A program made the translations under genes and the position numbers. This document shows, in pieces, positions 1-12,851 of a DNA stretch of 64,000 bases. Under the pieces are notes generated by a model. It had not been told where the DNA came from and ran no database searches. It saw only the letters and a list, made by a program, of their open reading frames with translations. Location: assembly GCA_951406725.2 (NCBI GenBank), contig OX597822.1:116436001-116500000 (forward strand), read 5' to 3'. Origin of the DNA: Octopus vulgaris. Lineage: Eukaryota. Each line of letters begins with the position of its first letter. The stretch's first letter is position 1.

Positions 1-60
1 AATCTACCCACTTTTAAGAAAGTAGCATTTTCGTTCTTGTTTTTCATAAATATATATATA

Positions 61-454
<394 letters not shown>

Positions 455-710
455 AAAATAAGGATTCAGATAGAATTGGGTACTTGAAAAGATATATACC
501 TGATATGGTTGGATAAATCTGTGGTCCTGGCCTATGGTTGGTAAGTATCAAATAAGATATTCCAGTTATGTACATAGAGAAAACAAACCCTATGAGTATT
601 TAGTGCCTAGGGGCTGGTCCAAATCCCACATTACATTGAATTGAACATTGTTGGTATACTCTAGGGTGTCGGACAAGTCATAAATCCCCTTGGTGTATTA
701 TAATCCAATG

Positions 711-978
711 AATAATGACAGACGATGGATAATTGTCAGCCCATTACAGTTGTTTCTTAGGTATTTTTTAAATAGAAGAATGAGAGCATTACTTTGTTAC
801 AAATAACCATAAGTATCAGATGAAACATAATTTTACAATGATAGACTATCTCAAAAATACAGCAGGGACTTGATGACTATGGTTTTTTTGCAATGAAGTA
901 ATGTTCTCATTCCTCTATTAAAAAGTGCATAAGAAACAGCTGTAATGAGCTGACAATTATCCATCGTCTGTAATTATT
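711..978. repeat. Fold-back element: inverted arms of about 100 bp (711-812 / 878-978)
   Basis: ACAGACGATGGATAATTGTCAGCCCATTACAGTTGTTTCTTA... is mirrored by ...TAAGAAACAGCTGTAATGAGCTGACAATTATCCATCGTCTGT; lies between TA tracts. Confidence 0.85.
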
Positions 979-1139
979 ATTTTGTGTATATATATATTAG
1001 AAGAAATGAGGTAATCAGAAGATCGGATGGTTTATATTTACAGATATTTATTTATATATTACATTTTTTACATATATATCATATCACTTAGATCATTAGC
1101 GCTTTCTCCCATTCTAGTGGGGTTTATATATATATATAT

Positions 1140-1510
1140 ATATATAAAAAAATCCATTCTGTCTGTCTGTGTGTGTGTCTTCTAGGATCTCGAGCATCCT
1201 CCATCCGATTGCGCTCAAATTTGATATGTAGATACTGATGGTATCAGGGTGTGTATAAGTCTTGGAAACATTACAAAAATCGATTCCAGGTGAGAATGCA
1301 ATTGATGAAGCTGTAGGAATGTGCATTTGTATGTGCAAGTACATCAGGTGTTGAGATCGATACTACGCGTACGCGAGAAAAATGCACAGTGTCTCAAATT
1401 CAGGTTAAATCAGTGTTTCTCAAAGGAGAGGCCTATGGGATGGACGGACAAGTTGTTTTGAGAAAATTTGGTTTAAATGTTTGACAACTCAGCACCGTCC
1501 ATTGGACGGG
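1140..1510 (+). mobile_element. Probable non-autonomous Helitron 5' fragment
   Basis: TATATATAAAA start, short (CTGT)n, then CCGATTGCGCTCAAATTTG; this layout is typical of non-autonomous Helitron 5' ends. Confidence 0.45.
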
Positions 1511-1596
1511 GGGGGGGGGGGGTTGTTTGTATAATATATATATATATATGCATATATATATATACATATATGCATACATATATATATACATATATA

Positions 1597-1757
1597 GGAA
1601 GGGCATTGGCATTAGGAAGGGCATCCAGCTGTAGAAACATTGCCAGAAAAGACCGGAGCCTGGTGCAGCCTTCTGGCTTCCCAGATCCCCGGTCGAACCA
1701 TCCAACCCAGGCTAGCATGGAGAACGGACGTTAAACGATGATGATGATGATGATGAT
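1597..1757 (+). mobile_element. RTE-clade LINE 3' end fragment (family A)
   Basis: AGGAAGGGCATCCAGCTGTAGAAAC...GCTAGCATGGAGAACGGACGTTAAAC(GAT)n, within TA tracts. Confidence 0.85.
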
Positions 1758-1768
1758 ATATATATATA

Positions 1769-2183
1769 GGCGCAGGAGTGGCTGTGTGGTAAGTAGCTTG
1801 TTTACCAACCACATGGTTCCAGGTTCAGTCCCACTGCGTGGCACCTTGGACAAGTGTCTTCTGCTATAGCCTCGGGCCGACCAAAGCCTTGTGACTGGAT
1901 TTGGTAGATGGAAACTGAAAGAAGCCCGCCGTATATATGTATATATGTATGTATGCGTGTGTGTGTTTGTGTGTCTGTGTTTGTCCCCCTAGCATTGCTT
2001 GACAACCGATGCTGGTGTGTTTATGTCCCCGTCACTTAGCAGTTCGGCAAAAGTGTCCGATAGAATAAGTACTGGGCTTACAAAAGAATAAGTCCCGGGG
2101 TCGAGTTGCTCTATTAAAGGCGGTGCTCCAGCATGGCCGCAGTCAAATGACTGAAACAAGTAAAAGAGTAAAAGAGTAAAGAG
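1769..2183 (+). mobile_element. tRNA-derived SINE family B (CORE-like), full length
   Basis: A box TGGCTGTGTGG, B box GGTTCAGTCCC, CCTTGGACAAGT core, internal (TA)/(TG) tract, (AAAAGAGT)n tail. More than 10 copies in the window. Confidence 0.9.
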
Positions 2184-2692
2184 AGATATATACATATATA
2201 CATACACACATATATATATATATACATGGAAAGTCATGTCTGCTCCATCTGCAACCATCTCCCCTCACACTCTTACATTTTTATGAAAGCATCTCCTTCT
2301 GTCCCTCCTTACTACTCTCTTACCCCGTCCATCATCTGCGCCTCTTATATTTATCCACACTAATCTTTGTGGGTTTGTTCCAACACATTCCCCCCATCAT
2401 CTCTCTCTCTCATGCTGTCAGTCTCTCTATCTTTCTCCCTAGCTCTATTTGTCTTTTCTCTCCATGTTTTTCCCACTTGTGTAGCTAAGATGGAAAAGAA
2501 AGCAGTAGATGTCTATAGCAACTGGCGCAAAGCCACCTCCACCTCCACTCTCATCTGGCACAAAGCCACCTCCCTCAATACTACTCCCCTGTCTTGCAAG
2601 TTATTTAGTGACCCCAGCTGGTGCAGGTGCCACATAGAAAAGCACCTAGTACACTTTGTGAAATAGGTAGCATTAAGAAGGGCACCCAACTG

Positions 2693-2815
2693 TACAATGG
2701 GGTGCCGAAAAGTTCCTGAGTATCAGTTAATTATGATCTTATTCAACATATTCCCCCTCTCAGATTCACACACTTATTGCAGCGGTCCTTCAGCTTTTCC
2801 TAAGCCCTGTAAAAA
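2693..2815 (-). mobile_element. Mariner 3' terminal fragment
   Basis: TIR-like TACAATGGGGTGCCGAAAAGTTCCTG; the minus strand reads ...KLKDRCNKCVNLRG(fs)EYVE*, matching a mariner C-terminus. Confidence 0.6.
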
Positions 2816-3062
2816 CATGCATGCATAAATATACACACATATATATATACACATATATATACACACACATATATATATATACACATATTTACACACACAC
2901 ATATACCACATATATATACCTACACACACCATACACATATGTATATTCTCACTTAGATATGTACAAATTTTTCATATAAATGAACAAATGCATACATAAA
3001 ACAATATAATGCAAACACACATACCTATTTGAATATACATACACTTATACAGATATGCATGA

Positions 3063-3102
<40 letters not shown>

Positions 3103-4244
3103 TTCCACACATGCCAGCTTAATTTAATTTGTCCTTAGTTGAAAGACACCAATTGTTATGTCCTGTTATTATTTTTTACTGTGTTTGTATAACATTATTC
3201 CTTTTTTTTTTCCCGTCCTCGTTTTCGTATACATTCTCTGCTTTCTTCCAAGGAATTTAATGTGCTTAGCTTAGTCTTTCCTTGGGGCTGGCCAGATTGG
3301 AGCAATTTCAAGTACAATCAGCCGAAATTGTGAAGACAATCTGGTACTAGACTGAGGAAAGAAAACTTCGAATAACCAATCCTTGTTTTCTTTGTATTAT
3401 CTATCTGGATGTTTTGCTGTCCCATTTTTGTATCACCTAACTGTCCGGATGTTTTGCGTTCTTGTCCTCTTTTGTATTTTATATATACACACACACACAC
3501 ACACATACACACATATACATATAGATAATGATACACACTTGTGCAAATACACACATACAAATCTCAATAAAATCAGCATGTATATGAGCTCATATAGAAG
3601 CATATGGATAAAGATATATAGCCAATCCATAACGCTAAAAAGTAAACACTGCTATTAGAATCTGTTTGCAGAATTATAAAAGTACATTTAATGAATTGTC
3701 TACGAGGCAAACAGGAATGCAAAGAAGTTTTGAGGTATGCAATTACAGAACCAAGGCAGTCATCAGTGGGTAACAGCTTCATTAATACATAAAAAGAGTT
3801 CAGGCGTATAATATGGATATAATAGATTAATCTATCTGTCTATCTTAATTTATATCTAAGTTTATCTTAATAATTACAATTGTGGCAGTGAGCAGTTGAA
3901 TATCTTCATTCAAATATCAACTTCTAAAATATAACACTAGAATGAAGAGAGTCAATTTCACTTTATTACCAGATTTGTTTAGTGCAAGGTGTTACAAACA
4001 AACATACACACATACAAGTGCACACACACAAGTGCACACACACAAGTATGCACACACATACATACACATGTGCACATACAGACACATGTTCACGTGTTCA
4101 TGCATGCAAACACACACACACACATTGTGAGGGTGTCTCAGCCACCCTGCAAAAATATATACATACTTTAATAGTTGATAACTCAATTTACATTTCTTTT
4201 TAGACTTAACCTATTAGCTGTAACAAAGGGACCCAGACTAAACC

Positions 4245-4680
4245 TTGAACATTAAAATGCTACAAGAAGTTTGAAAATGCAGTCAAAGTCCAAAGCAGGT
4301 TTGGAGGGAGTTTCAAATAGATACGAGCACATAGGTTACCATCATTCACTTTAGAGGTCAGTTTGAGACAGATGGAACTGTTCAGAATGTCCACAAGAAA
4401 TTTTGCAGAAGACTGTGAACATTTACAAGCCTCATAAAGTAAGAAATGGTTCTAGAAACATACTGCCAGACTTCAAGAAAATTTATGTGGTGAGTTGTGA
4501 GATGGGAATTTCAAAATCAAGCATCATTGCATTTTGGAGCACTGTCTTTGGAAAAGACACATTTCAAGAATAGTCTATGCTCTCAATGAAGATGGTTTGG
4601 ATTGAAGAATGGAGTTTTGCAAGTTGTACTTGGCAATATGTATAAATGATGCACACAGAATTTGTTTTGGGTGTTTGAAA
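4245..4680 (+). pseudogene. Decayed Tc1/mariner-superfamily transposase N-terminus (DUF4817-like HTH)
   Basis: Fragments LKCYKKFENAVKVQSRF and QFETDGTVQNVHKK, with stops and frameshifts. Confidence 0.5.
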
Positions 4681-5369
4681 ATGCACCTGACTCTTAAAAT
4701 GTGTAGTCATTTTGGACAACTGAAAGAAAGTGGTATTCTAACATTTGGTAGAAGATTTTTGTTTTTGAGGAGCAACTGTTAATTTCATATTTGCTTACCC
4801 CTGGAAAGTATGAAAAATGACCAATATTTCCTTCAAATTTTGCTTTTGCTACATTTATTAAAATTCCAAAAGAATCTCTCTTTACACATGGCGACGTTGT
4901 CCCTCAACTACTCCTGTTCATCATTAGAGATGCACATATCGTCAGCCACTAAGGGACATGCTCAACTGGTTAAGGTCAAACAACTGACCAGCATGGCTGT
5001 GGTATTGAGCAGAATATTTGCTATTTCTGCTTCAGCAACCCATTGCTGAATCTGTGTGAAATGTAATGGAAAATAAGTCAGTTTGAAAACGTTTTCCAGG
5101 TGACAAAAGCAAAGTTTAAAGGGAAAAGTATTGATTTCCTTTGATTTCTAGATAGAAACAAATAGGAAATAACACTTACTGACGCATGGGCGACTGCTGG
5201 TCTTTCCTAAACAACCTTGCTCAGACTTGTATCTCAGAGGGGAACTTTCTAGGTGCAATTCCATGGTCATTCATGACCAAAGGGAGGCTATACCATTATT
5301 TTTTACACAGACTTCCTCACACTGTATTCGTGTCTATGTGTTGACTTTAGAAAGAGAAACTGGCAAACT

Positions 5370-5744
5370 GAGTGGCCGATGCCAGCGCCACCTTGACTGG
5401 CTTCTGTGCCGGTGGCACGTAAAAAGCACCAACCGATCGTGGCCGCTGCCAGCCTCCCCCCTGACACCTGCTGGCACCTGTGTCGGTGGCACGTAAAAAG
5501 CACCGACCGATCGTGGCTGCTGCCAGTGCCGCCTTGACTGGCTTCTGTGCCGGTGGCACGTATAAAGTACCCACTACACTCATGGAGTGGTTGGCGTTAG
5601 GAAGGGCATCCAGCTGTAGAAACACTGCCAGATCAGACTGGAGCCTGGTGCAACCTCCATGGCTTACCAGACCCCGGTCGAAACGTCCAACCCATGCTAG
5701 CATGGAAAATGGACGTTAAACGATGATGATGATGATGATGATGA
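5370..5744 (+). mobile_element. RTE LINE 3' UTR (family A) with 3 internal tandem units
   Basis: Repeated GTGCCGGTGGCACGTAAAAAGCACC units about 65-75 bp apart, then the conserved 3' block and (GAT)n. Confidence 0.88.
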
Positions 5745-6195
5745 CACAAGCATACGGACATAGACACAAACTCACATACACACAAATACATATACAGATA
5801 TAGACTTTAATTACACTCACCCAGACAGAAACACATTCATACACACTCATATACTCACAAACTTACATGCACAGATGCATGCATGCATACACACGTGCAT
5901 ATTCAGAGATGCATACAGGCAAACTCATGTACACTCACTCAAGTATGTGCACACACACACACATGCACACACACACACACATACACACACACATACACAC
6001 ATGCAAATACTCACCCAGATATGTTAATCATGTTAATATGCATTTCCCATCTCAAACACACACACACACACGCACACACAAACACATGCATTCTCTCTCT
6101 CTTTCTCTCTCACAAACACATACACACACACACACACAGACAAATACACACTCAGACATGTTATTTATCTTAATATGTCCTTTCCATCACACACA

Positions 6196-6230
<35 letters not shown>

Positions 6231-6579
6231 CTTGCATGTACGCTGTGTGCATTTTAATAAGTGTATGCATGGTGCATGTTTATCAGTGAATGCATTATCA
6301 TCATTGCCGTCATCATTGTCATCATCATCATCATCATCATCATTATCATCATTCTCAATACCATCACGAAGCTGCTCAGCCTGCTAGAAAGAGCAGCCAA
6401 ATCTTCCTAGAATTGCACCAAGCCTTCTTGTGAAAGAGAAATGATACACTGGATAATATTTTTCATGTTTACATATCCCTCAAGGGACATGGTGGTCATG
6501 GTTGGGTACATTTTGATTGTTGGTCTGCCTGATCAGAGCAAGTCATATGGGTTTAAGCAACCACAAAAACTGCAGTATT

Positions 6580-6810
6580 TCCACCGCCACCACTACTACC
6601 ACCAAAACCACCACCACCACCACCACCACCACCACCACCACATCCGCCACCACCACCACAACCACCACAGCTGCTCCACTGTCACCATGACTGTCGCCCC
6701 ATCATCACCACCACCAGTGCTGCCCTCGCCACTACAGCTGCTGTAGCCACCATCACTACCACCACCACCGCCACCACCACCACCACCACCATCGCCACCG
6801 CCCCCACCCC
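6580..6810. repeat. (CCA)n-rich low-complexity tract
   Basis: Imperfect CAC/CCA runs. Confidence 0.9.
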
Positions 6811-7611
6811 TATCACGACCAGTCTCATAGTTGTTGCTACCACCCTCCTTGATCTCTCTTCCCCACCTCCGTTTCTTCCTGCTTCTTCTTCTTCTCCTCC
6901 CCCTTCTCTTCCTCATCATCATCAACCTCACAACTACCATTGTTAGCAAATCAAACAAGAACAGCACCGTCCCCTCCCTTCCTGCCCACCATTCGGTTGC
7001 CCCTTTGCCCCTACACCCACTCCACATTTAAGCAGGGGCCTAAATACTTGTGCAAACAACAATGACTGATTGAAAATACTTCCTCAGTGAAGAGTACTGC
7101 ATGCGAAATACAAGATATTAATAGTCGCTCATGTTTAATACAAAGAATTGAAAGAAAATTTGGTCAGTTGAGGCTATTCACGCAATCTGTGGACAATAGG
7201 CACTGACGTGGCTCTGTGGTAAGAAGATTGCTTCCTCATCACATAATTCCACGTTCAGTCCCACAGTATGGCACTTTGGGCAAATGTCTTCTATAGGACT
7301 TGGCCAACCAAAGCCTTGTGAGTAGATTTGGTAGACAGAAACTGAAAACAGCCAATCATGTGTACAAGATGATGCTGATGATGATCTTTGCCTATGAGTG
7401 TTAAAAGCCAACAACCAACAAGCAAAGGAAATAACTCTGATAAAAATCAACTGGCTGGAAGTTCGTTTCTTAAACATATGCCTTTGAATTCAGTCCTACT
7501 GTGAGGCACATTAGGCAAGATTCTTCTGCTAAAGTTGACCAATGCTTTGTGAGGAATATTTAGTTGATGGAAACTGAAAGAAGCTCATTCTATGTGTATA
7601 TATATATATAC

Positions 7612-7895
7612 ATATTATGGAAGTGTACTTGCATAATGAGTGACTTGATCTGAGATTGTGTACTGGAACGAAAACAATTGCAGCGTGGAAGGTGTTTATA
7701 AGCCATTTAAGAAACACACAAAAACCGTTAGATTCACTTCAACATGATGCAGCACGAAGTTTTGTCAGTGAACAGGTTGCGGTCTCAAAGCGACGAAAAT
7801 ATTTTGACAAATTAAACTTAAATGTTGAAGTGAATCGAACGGCTTTTGTGTGTTTCTTAGATGGCTTATAAACACCTTCCACGCTGTAATTGTTT
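7612..7895. mobile_element. Interspersed repeat with 74-bp inverted arms (7672-7745 / 7822-7895)
   Basis: AAACAATTGCAGCGTGGAAGGTGTTTATAAGCCAT... is mirrored by ...ATGGCTTATAAACACCTTCCACGCTGTAATTGTTT. A second copy of the 5' part lies at 18556-18680. TA-flanked. Confidence 0.8.
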
Positions 7896-8149
7896 ATATA
7901 TATGTATATTTTAATTCTTTAAAACGTTTACTTGCCTCAGTCATTGGACTGCAGCCATGCTGGGTTTTGTCAAACAAACCAACCACTGTCCTTATATGGT
8001 CTCTTTATACTGAATCACTAATTTATGGGGACATAAACCAACAGCTGTGATGAAGACAAGTACAACAGTGTACACACACACACACTGAGTCTAATATATT
8101 GATATATGTATGATGTGCACATACATATATATATATATATATGGTCTCA

Positions 8150-8750
8150 TTTCATAGGCCAAAACCTGTGGCCTATGAAATGAGACCATAACCTGTGGCC
8201 TATGCCAGGAATGTAACCAGCCCGCTTATGCGTACCTTTTCCTTCTTTGGTCACTAAACTCTGCTTGTGAAGACCTGTTGAGGCAAGTAAAATCAAAATC
8301 AAAATCAAATCAACAACTGGCATCCGTGCTAGCGGGATGCAAAGAGCACCATGCGTGTGTGATAGTTTGACAGAGTGGCTAACCGGCTTCCGTGCCAGTG
8401 GCTCATAAAAGAGCACCATTCGTGTGTAATCGTTACCAGCGTCACCTTACTGGCACTTGTGCCCATGCTAATAGGGTGCCAAGAGCACCATCTGAGCATG
8501 GTCGTTGCCAGAGCAGCCAACTGGCTCCGTGCCAGTAGCATGTAAAAGAGCACCATTCGAGCGTGATCGTTACCAACGTCGCTTCACTGGCACCTGTGCC
8601 GGTGGCATCTGTAAAAAGATTCATGCGAGATCATTGCCAGTACTGCCTGACTGGCCCCTGTGCCGGTGGCATGTAAAAAGCACCCACTACACTCTCGGAG
8701 TGGTTGGCGTTAGGAAGGGCATCCAGCTGTAGAAACTCTGCCAGATCAAT
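8150..8750 (+). mobile_element. RTE LINE 3' UTR (family A) with about 5 tandem units
   Basis: GAAGACCTGTTGAGGCAAGT, (AAAATC)n, repeated GTGCC.GTGGCA.GTAAAAG.GCACC units, GGAAGGGCATCCAGCTGTAGAAAC. Confidence 0.85.
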
Positions 8751-9044
8751 TTTTGAACTTGGTATACCAATCACGAGCAGTTCTTTCATTTATGGTACCC
8801 TCTCCATACACAGCATAAATGTCACGAGCAGCTTTTGCGGCATTAGAACCTTGATTAAAAGCAAAAAGAAGAATGTGTTGAAAATGCTTGACATTCCATT
8901 TTAATGATCTGAAAATGAACAAAAATCAACAAAAGTTAACTGGAAAAAGACAAAATAGATTCCAAAATTTAAAAATGCAATAAATTCTAAAATTTAAAAT
9001 AAAAGCGGGAACCTATTTGCCAACACAATATATATATATATATA

Positions 9045-9231
9045 TCATCATCATCATCATCATCGTTTAACGTCCGTTCTCCATGCTAGCATGGGTTGGA
9101 CGATTTGACTGAGGTCTGGGAAGCCAGAAGGCTGCACCAGGCTCCAGTCTTATCTGGCAATGTTTCTACAGCTGGATGCCCTTCCTAACGCCAACCACTC
9201 CGTGAGTGTAGTGGGTGCTTTTTACGTGCCA
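9045..9231 (-). mobile_element. RTE LINE 3' end fragment (family A)
   Basis: (ATC)n followed by GTTTAACGTCCGTTCTCCATGCTAGCATGGG... Confidence 0.88.
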
Positions 9232-9269
9232 TCCCTTCTACTGGAAGTACAACACTTCAAATTTGGGGA

Positions 9270-9449
9270 AAGGGATTAAGTCGATTGCATTGACCTCAGC
9301 GCATAACTGGTACTAATTTTATTGACTCCGAAAGGATGAAAGACAAAGTCAACCTTGGCGGAATTTGAACTCAGAACATAGCCACAGGCGAAATACAACT
9401 GCTAAGCATATCGCCCGGTGTGCTAACGATTCTGCCAGCTCACCACCTT
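9270..9449 (-). mobile_element. SINE family C (Meta-domain-like)
   Basis: Minus strand GTCTTTCATCCTTTCGGAGTCAATAAAATTAGTACCAG, homologous to 53223-53455. Confidence 0.8.
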
Positions 9450-9561
9450 GGGTGAGGATTTCAATTCAACTATACTATATTAATCAATTACATTACAACA
9501 TCAAAGGTACATTATTGAATGTGTCTCTATCACAATTTTTCAAGACAACAAAATGATTTAA

Positions 9562-9781
9562 CCCTTTTGTTACTAACCTGGCCAAAACCGGCTCTGGCTC
9601 TGTGGTAAAATGTCTTGTTTTCATAAATTTTGAATTAAAATCTTCCACCAAACCTTAGTCACAATTTATGTTCCTAACACCAGCTGAAAGATAACTAAGT
9701 TATTTTACTAAATTCTTTGTCATATTTAAAATAATTGAAAGAAACACAGAGCATCTCAAAATAAATACAGTAACGAAAGGG
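9562..9781. mobile_element. piggyBac-type MITE
   Basis: TTAA TSD at 9558-9561 and 9782-9785; TIRs CCCTTTTGTTACT / AGTAACGAAAGGG. Confidence 0.88.
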
Positions 9782-10080
9782 TTAAAGATTTAATTGCTAT
9801 TTCTAGCAGGTTAAATGAACATGTACTACTCACAGAAAAACTTGATCCTTGATTTGAAGTGAGTTTATTATACTCGTTCTGTTAAAGACCTTCATGTTAT
9901 CTCAGTCTTCAGCCTGAGATAACATGAAGGACTTTTGCTACTTTATTGTTCTTGCAGCAGGGATCAAATCTCATTAAGGACATCTGAGAGTCAATAAAAT
10001 AAATACCACTGAAATACAATAGACCTCTTGTATCAGCTACACTCCACTTATATATATATATATATGTATGTATATATATA

Positions 10081-10937
10081 CAGGGTGTGATGGGTAAATT
10101 GATGCTATTTTATGCTTTTAATTTTGCAGATGCCCATTGTTTGATTTTGATTTTGTTGACTTCGCAGTATTGTAGGGTTAGTTGGGCACCATCTGTGTGA
10201 AAAAGAGCACCATGATACAATTTGCTCTGTCAGAAATTTGGAAACGACATGCTGTGCTGCTTGGCATTCACACTGGAAGCTCCAATATGAACATTTCAGA
10301 GTGTTTGGGTGTCAATCTGAGGACTTGTACTGACAATGATAAAAATCAAGCATCCAGTCAACATCATGGGGTTTGGAGTGAACACTAGTGATGGCTACGT
10401 TATACCTCCATTCATCTTCTCACACAGCCTGACACTCAACACAGAGGTCTACATCAAATGCCTGGAGGAGGTAGTGCTTCTCTGAGTCAAGAGTGTGGCT
10501 GCTGAAAGACCTTATGTCTGGTAACAGGACTCTGTACCATGCTATACCAGCAGGAGAACCCAGTCATGGTTGTCAGACAATTTCTGTGACCACATCACCC
10601 GTAACATCTGGCCACCTAACTCCCCAGACTGCAACCCCCTTGATTATTACGTGTGGGGTGCAGTTGAGGGAGAGACCAACAAAACTCCTTGTAACACCGA
10701 AGATGAACTGGAGGCAAGGATTATGGCAGCATTCACCAACTTAAACAAGGAGACCATCCAGAAGAGTTGCAGTAGATTGGAAGTTGTGGTTGAAACCAAA
10801 TTTCGATTTTATTGAATACGTTTACTCTTTAGTATTTCAAGATACTTCTATGTAATTTTAGTAAATATATCTGATAAAATGAGATGTCAGTGTTATTTTC
10901 ATTTTTGTGTAGACGACATTTTATTCACTGCACCCAG
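10081..10937 (+). mobile_element. Internally deleted Tc1/mariner-superfamily element (maT/DD37D-like)
   Basis: TA-flanked TIRs CAGGGTG... / ...CACCCAG; transposase C-terminus IWPPNSPDCNPLDYYVWGAVE at 10570-10815. Confidence 0.85.
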
Positions 10938-10962
10938 TACATATGCGTGTGTGTGTGTGTGT

Positions 10963-11005
<43 letters not shown>

Positions 11006-11522
11006 CTACACTTTGATTTTAGTCAAAAGGCCATGGATATATTTGTGTGCATATATATGTACTCACACACACACACACACATAGTTGTATACATGTATGC
11101 ACATATATGTATTTATGTATATATATTTATACACACACACACACACACACATACATTATAATACATGTGTATTTACACTCTACACACACACATGTGAGTG
11201 TGTGTGTGTGTGTTTCAGTGTGTAAACAGTGTTCGTCAGTCTGTACACAAAGACCCTCTTCCCAGCAGTAATTATTGGGCATAACCTACCATGACTCCAC
11301 AGCAGCTGGCTGTTCTAATACTAAGTGGTCCACACCAGTTGGAGCTAGTTTACTGCTCACGTCCCTGCTATCAACAGAAGAATTTTGCTTTGCATGCAAA
11401 GACGATGGCTGTGCGAAATAGTGCATGTGTGTGTGTGTACAAACTGGTGTGCCTGTGTGTGAAATAATTGAGTGTGTAATACTATACGCAGCAGTCAAAC
11501 AAACTGTAGGATATATATACAA

Positions 11523-11600
<78 letters not shown>

Positions 11601-11875
11601 TGAGAGTAATTTTATACTATACATCTGTGAAACAAACTGAAATATATATTAAATTTAATGCTAAAACACTTAATGCGGTTAGCGTGATAACTTTAATTAA
11701 TCAAGGATGTATGCAAGGAGGGGCAAACTTGAACAATGATTGTATCAACAAGACAAAGGCAAGGGAGAAGACTCAAAACTGCAAGATTTTTTCTTTTTTT
11801 GACCTCATCAGTAACTCTCTCTGCCATGTGTCACCTTGTGGGATAAGCAGAACAAGAGAAGACACATGGGATTGA

Positions 11876-11922
11876 GAGTCGTTGATGAGGTCACCATATG
11901 TGTGATGAAAGAGCTTCGATTT
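11876..11922 (+). ncRNA. Degenerate minimal hammerhead ribozyme-like motif
   Basis: GAGTCG-TTGATGA-GGTCAC catatgt GTGAT-GAAA-GAGC-TT-CGATTT; stem I relies on G.U pairs. An inverted partial copy lies at 11800-11820. Confidence 0.45.
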
Positions 11923-12161
11923 AGACTAAGAAACTAAAATAACAATGATAGAGCTGAAGTGAAGAGCAAATAAATGGTGTAGGTGTTTCATTGGCAAGGT
12001 TTTTTGTTTTTCTTTTTAATGCACCAAAGAAGTTTCAAATAATTAAAATTAAAAACAAGCAATGTGATGAAGGGGAAGAATAATCTGATCTTTGGTAGAC
12101 ATGGGGATAATTCCATCAAGTTTTAGTCTTATTAGACTTTTGCAGTGAATATATTTTAAAT

Positions 12162-12323
12162 GTAGGAGTGGCTGAGTGGTAAGTAGCTTGATTATGAACC
12201 ACAAGGTTCTTAGGTTCGGCCCCATGCGTGGCACCTTGGGCAAGTGTCTTTTACTATAACCACGGGCTGACCAAAGCCTTGTGAGTGGATTTGGTAGACG
12301 GAAACTGGAAGAAGCCTGTCGTA

Positions 12324-12368
<45 letters not shown>

Positions 12369-12851
12369 CTGGGCCTGATGCAGCCTTCTGGCTTCACGGA
12401 CCCCAGTTGAACCGTCCAACCCATGCTAGCATGGAAAGCGGACGCTAAATGATGATGATGATGATGATGATGATGAGGATATGTATATATATATATATAT
12501 CATCATCATCATCATCATCGTTTAGCATCCGTTTTCCATGCTAGCATGGGTTGGACGGTTCTACTGGGGTCTGTGAAGCCAGAAGGCTTCATCAGGCCCA
12601 GTCAAATCTATGCGTATGTGTGTGTGTATATGTTTGTGTGTCTGTGTTTGTCCCCCCCAACATTACTTGACAAACAATGCTGGTGTGTTTACATACCCGT
12701 AACTTAGCAGTTCGACAAAATAGACCAATAGAATAAGTACTAGGCTTACAAAGAATAAGTCCCAGGGTCAATTTGCTCGACTAAAGGCGGTGCTCCAGCA
12801 TGGCCACAGTCAAATGACTGAAACAAGTAAAAAAGTAAAAGAGTAAAGAGT
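12162..12851 (+). mobile_element. SINE family B with two inverted family A fragments nested in its central microsatellite
   Basis: SINE 5' half 12162-12322, RTE(+) 12364-12478, RTE(-) 12500-12610, SINE 3' half 12630-12851. Confidence 0.88.

Noticed and set aside
3345-3385. CTGAGGA-AAG..CTTC-GAAT hammerhead-like string
   Set aside because: GAAA, stem III and stem I are not satisfied.
6441-7031. His-rich and Gly/Trp-rich ORFs
   Set aside because: Derived from (CCA)n low-complexity sequence.
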